Part shown: positions 12,931 through 25,185 of the stretch, piece after piece
How the letters are laid out: every line of letters starts with the position of its first letter
How positions within the stretch are numbered: the stretch's first letter is position 1
Origin: Vicugna vicugna
Lineage: Eukaryota
Direction: 5' to 3'
Length of the DNA stretch: 64,000 bases
NCBI GenBank assembly: GCA_013265495.1
Contig: MU058478.1
Coordinates: forward strand, 249,816 to 313,815
Made by a program: the position numbers and the translations under genes
The notes under the pieces: generated by a model
Database searches by the model: none
What the model saw: only the letters and a program-made list of their open reading frames with translations
Told to the model about the DNA's origin: nothing

Positions 12931-14829
12931 CTCTCTGTCTCTGTTTTTCTAATTAGATGAAATCTAATTAGAAATCTAATTAATATGTTGAAATCTTTCT
13001 AGCTTATATGGAAATTATATATATATATATGCACACATATAATATATACAGTTAACATATATAACATAATATAATATAAATATTAAAGGGAAATTTGGCT
13101 AAGTGTGGTATTGTGTTCTAATAATGATTTATCATTAGGTCCTTATTGGATAAATATGAAGTATGTTACTTCATATTTCTCATCTATGGAATAAAGGCAG
13201 AGATCTTAATAAATACTCAGTTTCTTTTAAAGCTCAGATTTTACAAATATTTAAAATTGATACATACTTACTTAGCATTAAGATATTATTATATGTCTAT
13301 CTCGGACTGAAACAAAAATGTTAGCCTTCAGTAATTCAAATTTAGCACTTACCAGGATATTACATTTGGCTGCCGAAGCGTATCAGAGCTTTGTTCCATC
13401 TCACACTCATGGATCAGAAATTCTCCACCAGGCAGGTGAGCTGCATCATATGGGAAGGGATACAGAAGTGAATTGGAGGAGGAAATATTTACCCACAGTC
13501 CTCAAACATTGGTATAAACAATTTTGTATGTTTACTTTTACCTAAAATTTATCTTTTAGTCTACGTTTAACATTTGGGATAATACGTATAAAATTGATGT
13601 GACTAGTGTGTGGAAGTGTTTACTATTTAGCCTTCAGTGAGTCAAAATCTGGATGTAAGGCTCCCTTTTAATCTCTGTTGCGAAAGTCTCCACTTCTTTC
13701 GAATACGATTATTTCTTAAGCTCCTGCATATGGTAATGAGTGTCTGCAGATTCGAGATAAAGCTGATCTCTTAAAATATACAACGGAACATTCCAGTCCT
13801 CTAGGCACAGAGAGGAAACTGGGAGGTTCCAGACAGAACCCTGGCACCCTGCGTACCAGAAATCTGCAGTTGGACATGCCAAGGAGCATTAGCGATGCCT
13901 GAATCCAATTTTCCTTTACATCCATCAACGTTTAAAGGTTCAGAGGATCATCGGGACCACTTTATTCGACAGGGGGAAGTGGGCACATGAAGGGATACAG
14001 TAGTTTGCGGAGAAAAGCAAATGACTGGATCCTTTATAGGTGGAAGACAACAAGGCTCATGAGTTGCCTTTCTTATAAGACAAACAGAAAGGGAACACTT
14101 TGCTTTTCATTGGGTAAAATATGTTTATATAACTGGGTACTTGGGAGAGGCATTTTTAATGATTCTTCTAAAATGTCACACATATTTCCAAGTAAGTTGT
14201 ATGAGAAAAACAAATACAGTTACTAAAGTTTTACACATGTAAAGGTCAAAAACAAGGTTAGATTGAGGATTTTTCTTATTAGTTACATGTGGCTATTTCT
14301 GGAGTTCACAGCAACTTTGCTTTCAGTCATGAGTTTAGTATTTATCGATTTGTCGATTCTTTGATATCATCAAACCACTAATTGAGTCAGGTGCAAAGGA
14401 AGATAATGGCTCAAAAAATGATAATGACTTTTTAGGTTTGCACCCATTTTAATAATTTACCGAACAAAAAAGACAAAGTACATTGTCTCATTTAATACTC
14501 TAACAACGCAGTGACTTAAATATTTATATTTCTGTTTTAACCCATCTGTCTTCAAATCCTTTTTTTTTTTTTGGTTCCTACTCCATGGTACACTGTGTAT
14601 GCAAAGGAAGAAAATGGGAGAGAAATCTTGCCTGAGATTAAGCAAACCATTCTATGAAAATATGGCCATGTCGTGGTTCTGGAAATGTTTGAATATGTTC
14701 TGCCCGGCTGTTTCGCAGAGTAAGATGGCTTAAATTGCTCAGTCCCCCAGGGTATCTTCAGTACCTATTTAAGACTTGGCATATATCATGTAATCAAACA
14801 TGGTTATTCGGGAATGCGCAAGGAAATTA

Positions 14830-15090
14830 AGTGTGACCCCAAATGTGGAGTGTGGCAGGCAGGAAGGTACAAAGTCTAGCGTGGTCAGCCCGGCTTGTGC
14901 GATGACGGGGCGGGATGGTAGGTAAATTGGTTGAGAGATGACCGGGGCCAGATTCTGCCAGACATGGAGACCATCCCGAATATCTCTCCTTTTACCCAAA
15001 GGAGATAGGGAGCCATGGTAGGGTTTTGACAGGAGTGACGTCATGTGATTTTGTCATCAAAGAATCACTCCAGCACCTGAGAGAGAACAG
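14830..15090 (-). mobile_element. L2 fragment
   Basis: GGGAGCCATGGTAGGGTTTTGACAGGAGTGACGTCATGTGATTTTG...AGAATCACTC resembles L2. Confidence 0.55.
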
Positions 15091-15736
15091 AAGAAAGGCG
15101 ATCCTTTGAGATGAGAAGAAAAATACAGTTATCCACGCCAGACAGCATTCTGCAAAAATGAACAATTAAAAAAAAATTTTTTTTTTTAGAAGCTAGAAAC
15201 ACTATTTCTGTGGGCCAGCAAACTCAGAATAGTTTTTAAAAATGGAACTTTTGTCTCTTAGCTTTCTTGCTTCATTTCGTCCCAAACCAGGAGCACAGAT
15301 CAAAAGGAAGACAAGAGAAGCAGAGGCAGAAAGTAATAAGAAAAGCTCCATTCCAGGCTCGACTACACTTACCCCATGGAAACCTCATAGAAAGTTCACT
15401 CAAACCCACCTTCAGAAGAGTGAGAGGCAAGTCGGTGTATTGAAGATGGAAATACTTATAATCCTGCTTCCTGGCGGTTGGATTTCTGATCGCCTGTCAT
15501 TTCGCTGTGTTTTCTAAGCAGGTGTGGATCCACTATTTCAAGGGCAGTGTGGCCAACAGTACGTCTGTGACCAGGGGAGGAGACGGAAATGCAGTGGGAT
15601 GGTATTTGACCATCTCTTGCTAGAAATTCGCAACATGATGGTGACCCCTGCCGGGATGGGGGTTGTGGTCCTGTGTCTGTGAGCTTAGTCACAGAGTATT
15701 TTTTCTCAGCCTAAGCCAGGTAGCTAAGGATGCGGT

Positions 15737-15981
15737 GGATAAATTGGGAGTTCAAGATTGACAAATATTAACCATTATATATAAAATTAGATTTAAAAAA
15801 AATGTCTTCTGTACAGCACAGGGAACTATATTCAATATCTTGTGATAACCTTTAATGAAAAAGAATATGAAAATGAATATGTGTGTGTATGTGCATGACG
15901 GGGACATGATGCTGTGCGCCAGAGATTGACACATTGTAACTGACTCTACTTCAATAAAAAATTAAGAAATAAAAATAAAAA
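15737..15981 (+). mobile_element. L1 3' end
   Basis: GGATAAATTGGGAGTTCAAGATT...GTACAGCACAGGGAACTATATTCAATATC..., ending in AATAAA and an A-rich tail. Confidence 0.9.
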
Positions 15982-16264
15982 GTAAGTGTGACTGAATCCC
16001 CACCCTGAAGTGGGCCCCTCTAACTAGGAATGGATTGCCCACATGAGATATTACTTTGATTTCGCGCCACAAAGCCATCAGGAGCCAATACACCAATGTT
16101 CCCCTGTAGAGCTCGTGGGAATTTCCTTGGACTGTACAATTTCAGAACATAGATCTGCCATCTTGTCTGACATTGGTTGGCTTGCTGCCTGTAAAATTGC
16201 AAATACGGAGTCTCAGAATTGGAAGGAGCCATTGCAGGAGTCACTAGCATATGTGGTTCCTTTT

Positions 16265-16575
16265 CATTTTGTGTTTTATGCCAACTTTATTGAGGTACAA
16301 TTGATATACATTGAACGTGTACAATTTGATGAGTTTGGACACAAGCAACACCCTTGAAACCATCCCCCCCAACAAGGAAACAGGCATCCAACATCTCCCA
16401 AAATATCCTTGTGTCCATTTTTTTTCTTTTTAATTTGTGATAAGAATACTTAACCTGAGATCCACTCTGAACACACTTTGAGGTGGGCAATACCGCATTG
16501 GGAACGCCAGGCTGTCTCGTACGGCCGACTTCTAGAACTTACTCGTCCAGAATAAAGGAAACTTTATACTCACTG
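16265..16575 (-). mobile_element. Old L1 (L1MA/MB-like) 3' ends
   Basis: CTTTATTGAGGTACAATTGATATAC...GTACAATTTGATGAGTTTGGAC; TAAGAATACTTAACCTGAGATCCAC. Confidence 0.75.
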
Positions 16576-17299
16576 ACTGCAGGGGGTGTATTTCCCTGGT
16601 CTGCACCCCGTCTGCCCTCAGTCTTCAGCTGGTGAGGGGACAGGGGCTTCGTTCCCCACAGTGGGAAGGAAGCACTCCGTCTTCAGAGGTTCCAGCATTT
16701 GGACCCAGTTCTTCACTGGTCCCAACTCAAGCTTCAAGATCACATGCAAACATTCAAGTCCTCCTTCTCCCGGAAAGCTCTTCATGTCTTTGTATTAGAA
16801 CAAGGATGCAGAACAAAATGAGTGAGCTGTCATGGATAGAAACCAACATTTTTTTTTTTCTTTTCCAAATGGTTTCTTCTTTCTGTTCTATCCCATGCCT
16901 ACACTGTCCTCAGACTCTGGGTCATATTTGATCTCCCGCCTCATGTGGTGTTGGCATTTCTCTTTCATTTAGGGGCAGATATTTGGTATTGTGCCATTTT
17001 TTTATATCTTTTGGAAAACAACTGTGTGTATTCTGATTAAAGGGGGAAGAAAAAGCAATACACAGCCATTGCTACGCATATGGGAAAAACAGAAAAGTCT
17101 GTCTCATTCGGGAGAAGAGGCGTTGCTCACCGTCTTGGTGTTTCCATCCCCACCTGCTGCCTCCCCTCCTTCCCACCTTCCAATGTCGTCATGGCCATCC
17201 CCCCAAAGGAGCTGCCCATATTCATCCTTCCAATTAAATCACATCCCTTAACCACTGATTTCCCCCACTGCCGTGTTCTAAACTCAACCACAGTCTTTG

Positions 17300-17510
17300 A
17301 TTTTTTTTTAATTGAGCTATAATTGACATGGAGCATGACATTGGTTTTAGGTGTGCAGCATCATGATTCAATTTTCCGTATAGATTGCGGAAAGATCACC
17401 ACCCTGTTTAGTGAACATCCCTCACCAGACACAGCTGCAAAATTTGTCTTTTCAACCACAGGGAGGCTAAAACTTTCTATTCTGGTGACACATGACCTTC
17501 CAACTTAAGA
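17300..17510 (-). mobile_element. L1 3' end fragment
   Basis: TTTTAATTGAGCTATAATTGACAT...TTTTAGGTGTGCAGCATCATGATTC. Confidence 0.7.
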
Positions 17511-18079
17511 CACTCTGACCTTTAAAAGACATGGAGTCTTTGGGCTCTGCCTTTTCTTCGGTTTATTTGCCTCTTCCAGTCTGACTTCTCCTTGAATGCA
17601 AACAAAGTCTGTCCGTGGTTCTCCTAAGCATTTCTGGAAGCTGCCCTGGGCTGTCTGGAATCCACATCCTTTGCAATACTTGCAGCTACCCCAGCAGCCT
17701 GTCCCCAGACAGCAGCTTCCATGAGGATGCTCGAGATCCAGTCTTCATCAGAGGCACACGTGGCGCACCTTCCCCCAAGCCTGGGGATGTCCCGGCCCCC
17801 TCGCTCCACCACAACCAGGTTTTCCCCTCTGCTGCTTGGCACACACTCCCTCCCCAGAGGGTCTCCACACCTGCTCCCTGGGGCTCCCTCTGCCCGCGTC
17901 CTCCCCTCCTCCGTCTTCTCAGCCCTATTTATGCTTCAGATCCCAGCTTCCTTTATTAGTGGAGCCTGCTCTGTGCGACCGGGTGGGACACATCCCCGCC
18001 TAGCAGAATGCTCAAAAGTGCCAAGGTCCTTTGATTCATTGAAATTATTCAGTGTGTGAGCTTGACCTTGTGTGTGGTT

Positions 18080-18500
18080 CCCTAAGACTTTAATTTGCAA
18101 ATAAATTTAAAAGTAATGTTGCAAAAAAAAAAAGATAATATAAAAATCACCCATATGCCCTTTGCCAAATACAGCCAATGTTAATATTTTATCTCATTTG
18201 TATACGCACGTATATAGTATGCGCCACCTGAGAATATATACTTTGTATATATCTTGACTCTGTCTCTACGAACTTGAGATGCATTTAAGAACAAGATATG
18301 ATCTTCTGTAGCCACAGAGCAGTTATCGATGGCAGTAAATTTAACACTGATACTATAACATTATCTTATCTAATCAGTTTTGTCATTTACTCTTTTGTAA
18401 TGTCTTTTTCCTGCTGTGCAAAGATCAGTCTAGGGCCTGGTATGGCATTTGGCTGTCAGCTCTTTTTAGTGTCTTTTAACTTGGAAGTTTTCCCCGGTCT
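18080..18500 (-). mobile_element. Ancient L1 (L1MD/ME-like) 3'UTR fragment
   Basis: GCATTTGGCTGTCAGCTCTTTTTAGTGTCTTTTAACTTGGAA and TTTAACACTGATACTATA. Confidence 0.6.
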
Positions 18501-18610
18501 TTCTTCTTTCTCTCTGTTTCTCTGTCTTTCTTTCTCCCGTCCGTCCTTCCTTCCTTCCTTCCTTCCTTCCTTCCTTCCACTTTGTCTTTCTTTCTTTCTT
18601 TCCTTCTTTT
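18499..18610. repeat. Pyrimidine-rich (TTCC)n/(TTTC)n microsatellite
   Basis: Read directly; it abuts the tail of the adjacent minus-strand L1. Confidence 0.9.
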
Positions 18611-18915
18611 ATACATACATTTTTTATTGACGTATAGTCAGTTTACAACATTGTGTCAATTTCTGGTGCACAGCACAATTCTTCATAGAGGATCATATAT
18701 ATAATCATTTTCTTATTCTTTTTCACTGTAAGTTGCTACAAGATATTGAATATAGTTCCCAGTCTGATACAGTATAAACTTGTTGTTTATCTATTTTATA
18801 TATATTAGTATCTGCAAATCACGAACTCCCAATTTATCCCTTCCAACCCCCTTCTCTCCCCGGTAACCACGACTTTGTCTTCTATGTCGATAAGTCTGTT
18901 TCTGTTTTGTAAATA
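18611..18915 (-). mobile_element. L1 3' end
   Basis: TTTTTATTGACGTATAGTCAGTTTACAAC...AAGATATTGAATATAGTTCCC...GAACTCCCAATTTATCCC. Confidence 0.9.
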
Positions 18916-19350
18916 AAGAAATGGAAAGCAAATGACAACTTGAAATATGTTCATATCCTAAGAAGTTAATTATAATTTATACATTAACACAAAATTAATC
19001 ATTCAATAAAGAATTGCACATCTAAAAAGGACATAAACAATTTCAACTAAAGAAATATATTTAATAAAACTTAAATCCAATACACAAAACTTAGACCAAG
19101 AAACATTATAATTTGATTCTTAAATTAGAAAAAAATGGAAAAAAATTGTTAACACGTGATGGAAAGTGTTTGAAAGAAACAGATCCTCAGAAGTAAGAGG
19201 TGGTTTAGTGTAAACCTTTACAAGGCATAAATGATTTGGCAGTATCTTCAGCATCTTTAAGGGTATTTAAGTCCTTTGACAAATTGTTCAAATTCTATAA
19301 TTATCAGAGATATGCATGAGGATTTAAGACAATTATATTCATTGCAGTTT
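18916..19350 (+). mobile_element. Ancient L1 ORF2 C-terminal fragment
   Basis: A-rich and degenerate: GGACATAAACAATTTCAACTAAAGAA...GATTTGGCAGTATCT...CCTTTGAC. Confidence 0.55.
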
Positions 19351-20630
19351 ATTTACTGAATGTTTTATTCTGTTTGATTTTGATTTGGCTTGAGTAGTTT
19401 TCATGTTTTTTGATGGAATTAATTCCATCTAGCACAACCTGGGGTCTACACCCTATAGAGAATATTTGAAAATATTTTAATGAACCCATCCGTACCTGGG
19501 ACAAAAAAATAGAGAAGATGATGAAAATATGCCGAAGGCTGTTTGGCAGGGAGAGTGTGTGCAAGGTAACTGCAAATGTCCTGCAATGACATCGCAGTGA
19601 TGTCTCGAGAATCATGTGATAATTTCCTTATGTAGAGGGACCTAGTGTCCAGCAGTGCTGCAAAAATGCTTTGAGTTCCCCAGCAATTGAATCCCAACCA
19701 TTTATTAATTTTGAACATCAGGACAAAAGGAACTATTTCAAGGACATACTAGTGCACTTGAAAAACCGACGGAAGTGTATTATATTCGACCTAACTCACG
19801 CGATAGCCTTTATCTCAGTCACTTCCACTGCTTACACACCAGCTTCCAAACTAACTTTAATTCATCTGCTTTTTAAAACTGAATGCCTGTAACAATCTGA
19901 TTTTCTTTTTTTTTTTTTTTAGCACAGTAAAATCTGTATCAGGTTTTCCCTTTGCTGTTATTTTTGGAAAGAACTTACAGCAGGAATAGATGGGGCAGAA
20001 ACCTGTCATTTCCTTTTATTTTCCGCTAACTCTTTCTTCCTTTGTTTTTAACGAACTCTTCTAAGCAATGCTGATTCATTGTAGATGTGCAAAACTCCTT
20101 CAAGTTGCTGTCACTGCTTTAGGATGCTTTAGAATAGATCTTCGTTTTGCTAGAGCTGAAGAGGTGGGTGAGGGATATATATATAGGAATTTATTATCAA
20201 TAAGATTAGGCAGATTGCAGCTATCAAATGCTCTGACAAATAACCAAAAAATCCACATACAAATCATCAGTCATCAAATCAAAGTACTTAAAACTGACGA
20301 TATATTAGAATTTTTTATTGCAACAACTTTACTTAAAACAAACAAAAAGCCTTCAAGCCACATTGTGACATGGTAGATATTCAAAAATAATAAGGCTCAC
20401 TTTTGCCCCTAAAATCTCTGAGCGTGTGGAGGAAAAGCAATTTATATTTGACTAGCATGTTGTATTTATTAGACAAGAGGAGGGTTTTTTTGTTCTTGTT
20501 GCTCGTAATGGTGGTATTATCGATATGATTACTTTGACAGATGAACAAATTGAAACTCAGAGACGTTTTAAGTGATTTAGGGTCACATAGTTAACTAGTA
20601 TAACCGCTGAAGAAGAAACCTGTATTTTTA

Positions 20631-21231
20631 TTTATTTTTTATATTTTTATTTTTTTAACATTATTGATTTATAATCAGTTTACAATGTTGTATCAAATTC
20701 CAGTGTACAGCACAATTTTTTGGTTATACATGAACGTATACATATTCACTGTCACATTCTTTTCTCTGTGAGCTACCACGAGATCTTGTATATATTTCCC
20801 TGTGCTATACAGTATAATCTTGTTTATCTATTCTACATTTTGAAATCCCATCTATCCCTTCCCACCCTCTGCCCCCCTGGTAACAAGAAGTCTGTATTCT
20901 CTGTCTATGAGTCTATTTCTGTCCTGTATTTACGCTTTGTTTTTGTTTGTTTGTTTTTGTTTTTTAGATTCCACGTGTGAGGGATCTCATATGGTATTTT
21001 TCTTTCTCTTTCTGGCTGACTTCACTTAGAATGACATTCTCCAGGAGCATCCGTGTTGCTGCAAATGGCATTATGCTGTCGGTTTTTATGGCTGAGTAGT
21101 ATTCCATTGTATAAATATACCACCTCTTCTTTATCCAGTCATCTGCTGATGGACATTTAGGCTGTTTCCATGTCTTGGCTGTTGTAAATAATGCTGCTGT
21201 GAACATTGCGGTGCAGGTGTCATCCTGAAGT
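20631..21231 (-). mobile_element. Young 5'-truncated L1 (ORF2 C-terminus plus 3'UTR)
   Basis: ORF 20964-21206 MFTAALFTTAKTWKQPKCPSADDWIKKRWYIYTMEYYSAIK is the L1 ORF2 C-terminus. There is a perfect 17-bp TSD AGAAACCTGTATTTTTA at 20614-20630 and 21232-21248. Confidence 0.95.
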
Positions 21232-23449
21232 AGAAACCTGTATTTTTAGAGCAATGATATAGTTCCACTTCTGTAGTTGCTTCTTTCAAAAGTTAAACTT
21301 ATTCACAATATTATTTTTTTAAATTAACACTATGATAATTAGGTATATCTAAATAACTAAAAAATAATCAAATATGCAAATACTCTGACGGGGCACAGTC
21401 CAGTAATGAAATGAGTCATTAATTCAAGGTCCTGAAGGAGAGATTTCCCAACAGTGTTCGTGGTGGGGGTGCTTTGAATCTCTGCACTTTGGGGTCAGAG
21501 TTCCTTAAAAGGGCTGGTTCTTAAAATAAAATAATTCCTGTTGTACATATTCCCAAAATAATTGTCACCCTCACTAGTGGTTCAATTAGATTCTCCTAGT
21601 GACTCCCCAGGTTAATAAAGCTAAACCAGCATGCCTCTGGGAGTTCCACTTTGACAGTAAGTTGTAAGAAGATAAAGATGGTTTCTGATTAAAAAGAAAA
21701 AACAAAAAAACAGCTCCCCAGCCGTACATTTCTGATGGGAACATGGGGCGTGCACCACTGCCTAGCGATTGTCTTTACCATCTTAACAGCCAAAGTGGGT
21801 CAGTTCGCAGGTTCCCTGATTGATTGGGTAAGGATTGTTTAAGACAGCCAAAAAGAAACCAATTTGGTCAAAAAGAAAATCAATTTAATGGCCATTGAGC
21901 AAGACAGGTGAGAAGGCGGGAGTTCCTGGAAGGTGTGAGACTCACTGCCCTGTAAGGTCGTCCTTTAAATCTTTGTGAGTGGGTGCCATGTTGGTTCCTC
22001 TATAAAGATAAATCATGGTTGATCTGCTGCCTATACAATGGTTGAAAAGAAAAATCGTATTAGTTGCATGAAGCCAAATAATTTTTTCGCACTGATGGTT
22101 TTAAATTGGATTCACTGACTTGTTTACTTCTGTCCTGGGGGAGGGTGGAAACTTCCCTGTGTTTCTGTCTGGCTTCAGGATATGGAGTTCTCAGCTGTGG
22201 TCTCAGGAGATGGCTCCCAACCACTGAGGTGACACAGGGCAGCGTGAGACGGAGCAGTTACATTTCCCAGTCCCGTGCCCCTCCCGCAATGATGGCTGGC
22301 GTGAAAATGGACCAGTGGGTCCACTTTCCTGACCCCAGCTCTGAACCTTTGCTATGCTCTGTATTCCTTTGTTAAAATGTGATTTTTCTCCTTTCAGTGT
22401 AAGTTTTACATTTCCTCAGGTCTACATTTTCTCACCACGCATAAGGGAACCTTTTGTGTAGTTTTAAGACTGTATGATCTCCAGATGATAGCTACTTTCT
22501 GAATATATATTTGATAAAAACTAGACACTGGTGTAACTGAAGAAAGCAAATTTCTTGGTAATATAGAAATTGAGAAGAATTAGGGCTTTTGTTTTTTGTT
22601 TTTCAGTAAAACTGGACTGTTCTTACGAACAAGGACATGATGTCAATTTAGTAACCTACAAAAATGCTTCGTCAATATTGTCTGTTACAACAAAACAAGG
22701 CAAACATTTTTAGAGACTTCTGAGCTTCAAGAGTAATCTCTTATGGAAACCATACTTTAATTTCTAAAAATCTACTATGATTATTAGTTATTATAAATAG
22801 GAATCTTGAAATGCATTATTTATAATTTTAGAAGATATATATTCGGTCACTTGGCTTTATCATCCAGAAAAAAAAAATTTAGAATTTTTCTTCTTCCCTT
22901 CTCCCTTTATCATGGAAATAAAGAAGTCAATAAAGTTGGTCAAATTATCTTAAAACAACTTGCGAGTCATTATTTTTATATCACCGCATTATGATTCCAG
23001 GAATATGGGTTATATAATATCATAATATAAATTGTATGCATCATAGTATAATACAAATTGTTTAAAAAAACCTTGGTATTTCCTTCTCATCCCATATACT
23101 TCTTTATTCTATTACATTTCTGGTGTTAAGCAGACCTGTTTTGAGTTTTCAGTGGATTTGTTGTTGTCTGAATGACCTCCTCACACTGGAAGGAGTGCCA
23201 CTTTTTCTTCTTATAAATACGAGATGATTCACCAGCAAATAGTTTTACAAATCTATTGTTTGTCCTTTAATTGATTTGTGATGTACTCTGCTTTGGGTTT
23301 TGCATTTTTACAGGTTAACATATTCCAACTTTTGGAGGAAGATGTGTGTTACATGCACCCCCAAAAAAAAAAGGTTCTATTTCAGCTGGACATTGGAAAT
23401 AGAATGAGTTTAGTGGGAAGAAATGGAAAATTCAGAGAAAATATATTCA

Positions 23450-23685
23450 AATGTATAGTATGTTTTCAATATTTTTATATAAAAGGTGTATAAAGATGTA
23501 TATATATATATGAAATACTTTATGTATACATATGTATAAACATACTTTGTATTTGAACACTTATACATTTGAAAATTATAAAATATGCTTTGTGAAATAC
23601 AAGCATATTGCGTATGTTCGCTTTACATATAATACATACTATACATTTGAACATGTATAAAATGTACTGAGATATATATAGAGAG
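23450..23685. repeat. AT-rich low-complexity (TA/TG) tract
   Basis: Repeated TATACAT/ATGTATA words. Confidence 0.7.
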
Positions 23686-23907
23686 AAAGAGAGGTATCTG
23701 TTAGGAAAGTTTTAAAACATAGGGGTAGAGACAAACCCAGGAAAATTCACCCTGTTAACAAGAGTCCAGGCAGGCTTCCTAAGGGGGTGGCGTTCAGCTG
23801 TCAAGGAACTGGGTTCTTGAGTGATGAAGGCATCAGGGGGACCCAGCCACTGAGCAGTTGCCTGAGTCCAGACCTGGGGTTGGGAACTCAGTGCTTGTGC
23901 AGAAAAA

Positions 23908-25185
23908 AAATGATGAACATAGACGCAGAAATCCTTAACAAAATACTAGCAAACTGGCTCCAACAACACACTGCAAGGATCATACGATCTTTAGAAAGCA
24001 GAGCAAAATCAAGCTTCTTCAGACCATACTACAAAGCTACAGCATAGATCAGTGGAACAGGATAGAAAGTCCAGAAATAAACCCACACACTTATGGTCAT
24101 AAAAAAGGAGGCAAAAATATACAATGGAATGGAGANNNNNNNNNNNNNNNNNNNNNNNNNNNNNNNNNNNNNNNNNNNNNNNNNNNNNNNNNNNNNNNNN
24201 NNNNNNNNNNNNNNNNNNNNNNNNNNNNNNNNNNNNNNNNNNNNNNNNNNNNNNNNNNNNNNNNNNNNNNNNNNNNNNNNNNNNNNNNNNNNNNNNNNNN
24301 NNNNNNNNNNNNNNNNNNNNNNNNNNNNNNNNNNNNNNNNNNNNNNNNNNNNNNNNNNNNNNNNNNNNNNNNNNNNNNNNNNNNNNNNNNNNNNNNNNNN
24401 NNNNNNNNNNNNNNNNNNNNNNNNNNNNNNNNNNNNNNNNNNNNNNNNNNNNNNNNNNNNNNNNNNNNNNNNNNNNNNNNNNNNNNNNNNNNNNNNNNNN
24501 NNNNNNNNNNNNNNNNNNNNNNNNNNNNNNNNNNNNNNNNNNNNNNNNNNNNNNNNNNNNNNNNNNNNNNNNNNNNNNNNNNNNNNNNNNNNNNNNNNNN
24601 NNNNNNNNNNNNNNNNNNNNNNNNNNNNNNNNNNNNNNNNNNNNNNNNNNNNNNNNNNNNNNNNNNNNNNNNNNNNNNNNNATACATACATAGAGATACA
24701 TATAGGAATATTACTCAGCCATAAAAAATGAAATAATGACATTTATAGCAACATGAATGGATCTAGAGATTATCATATTAAGTGAAGTATATCAGAGAAA
24801 GATGAAAATTATATGACATCACTTATATGTGGAATCTAAAAATATGATACAAATGAACTTATTTACAAAACTGAAATAGACTCACAGACATAAAAAAGCT
24901 TACAGTTATCAAATGGAAAAGGAAGGGAAGGGGTAGATTAGGAGTTTGGGAATTGCAGATACACACTATTGTATATAAAAGAGATAAACAACAAGGCCCT
25001 ACTGTACAGCACAGGGAACTAGATTAAATATCTTGTAATAACCTATAATGGAAAAGAACATGAAAAATAATCTACATATATGTATAAATGAATCACTTTA
25101 CTGTCTACCTGAAACTGACAAAACATCATAAATCAACAACACATCAATTTAAAAAAATAAAAATTTTCTAAACATCAAAAAAAAA
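23908..25185 (+). mobile_element. L1 fragment (ORF2 pieces plus 3'UTR) spanning the assembly gap
   Basis: MMNIDAEILNKILAN, YYKAT and IDQWNRIESPEINPHTYG lie before the gap. After the gap come the ORF2 end, the 3'UTR and an A-rich tail. Confidence 0.9.
24136..24680. other. Assembly gap (545 N)
   Basis: Read directly from the sequence. Confidence 1.

Noticed and set aside
20964..21206. 80-aa ORF with protein-like sequence (also 39792-40124)
   Set aside because: This is the L1 ORF2 C-terminal remnant, not a host gene.
24009..24742. Longest ORFs in the track (189-237 aa)
   Set aside because: They are artefacts of translating the N gap, and their flanks are L1.
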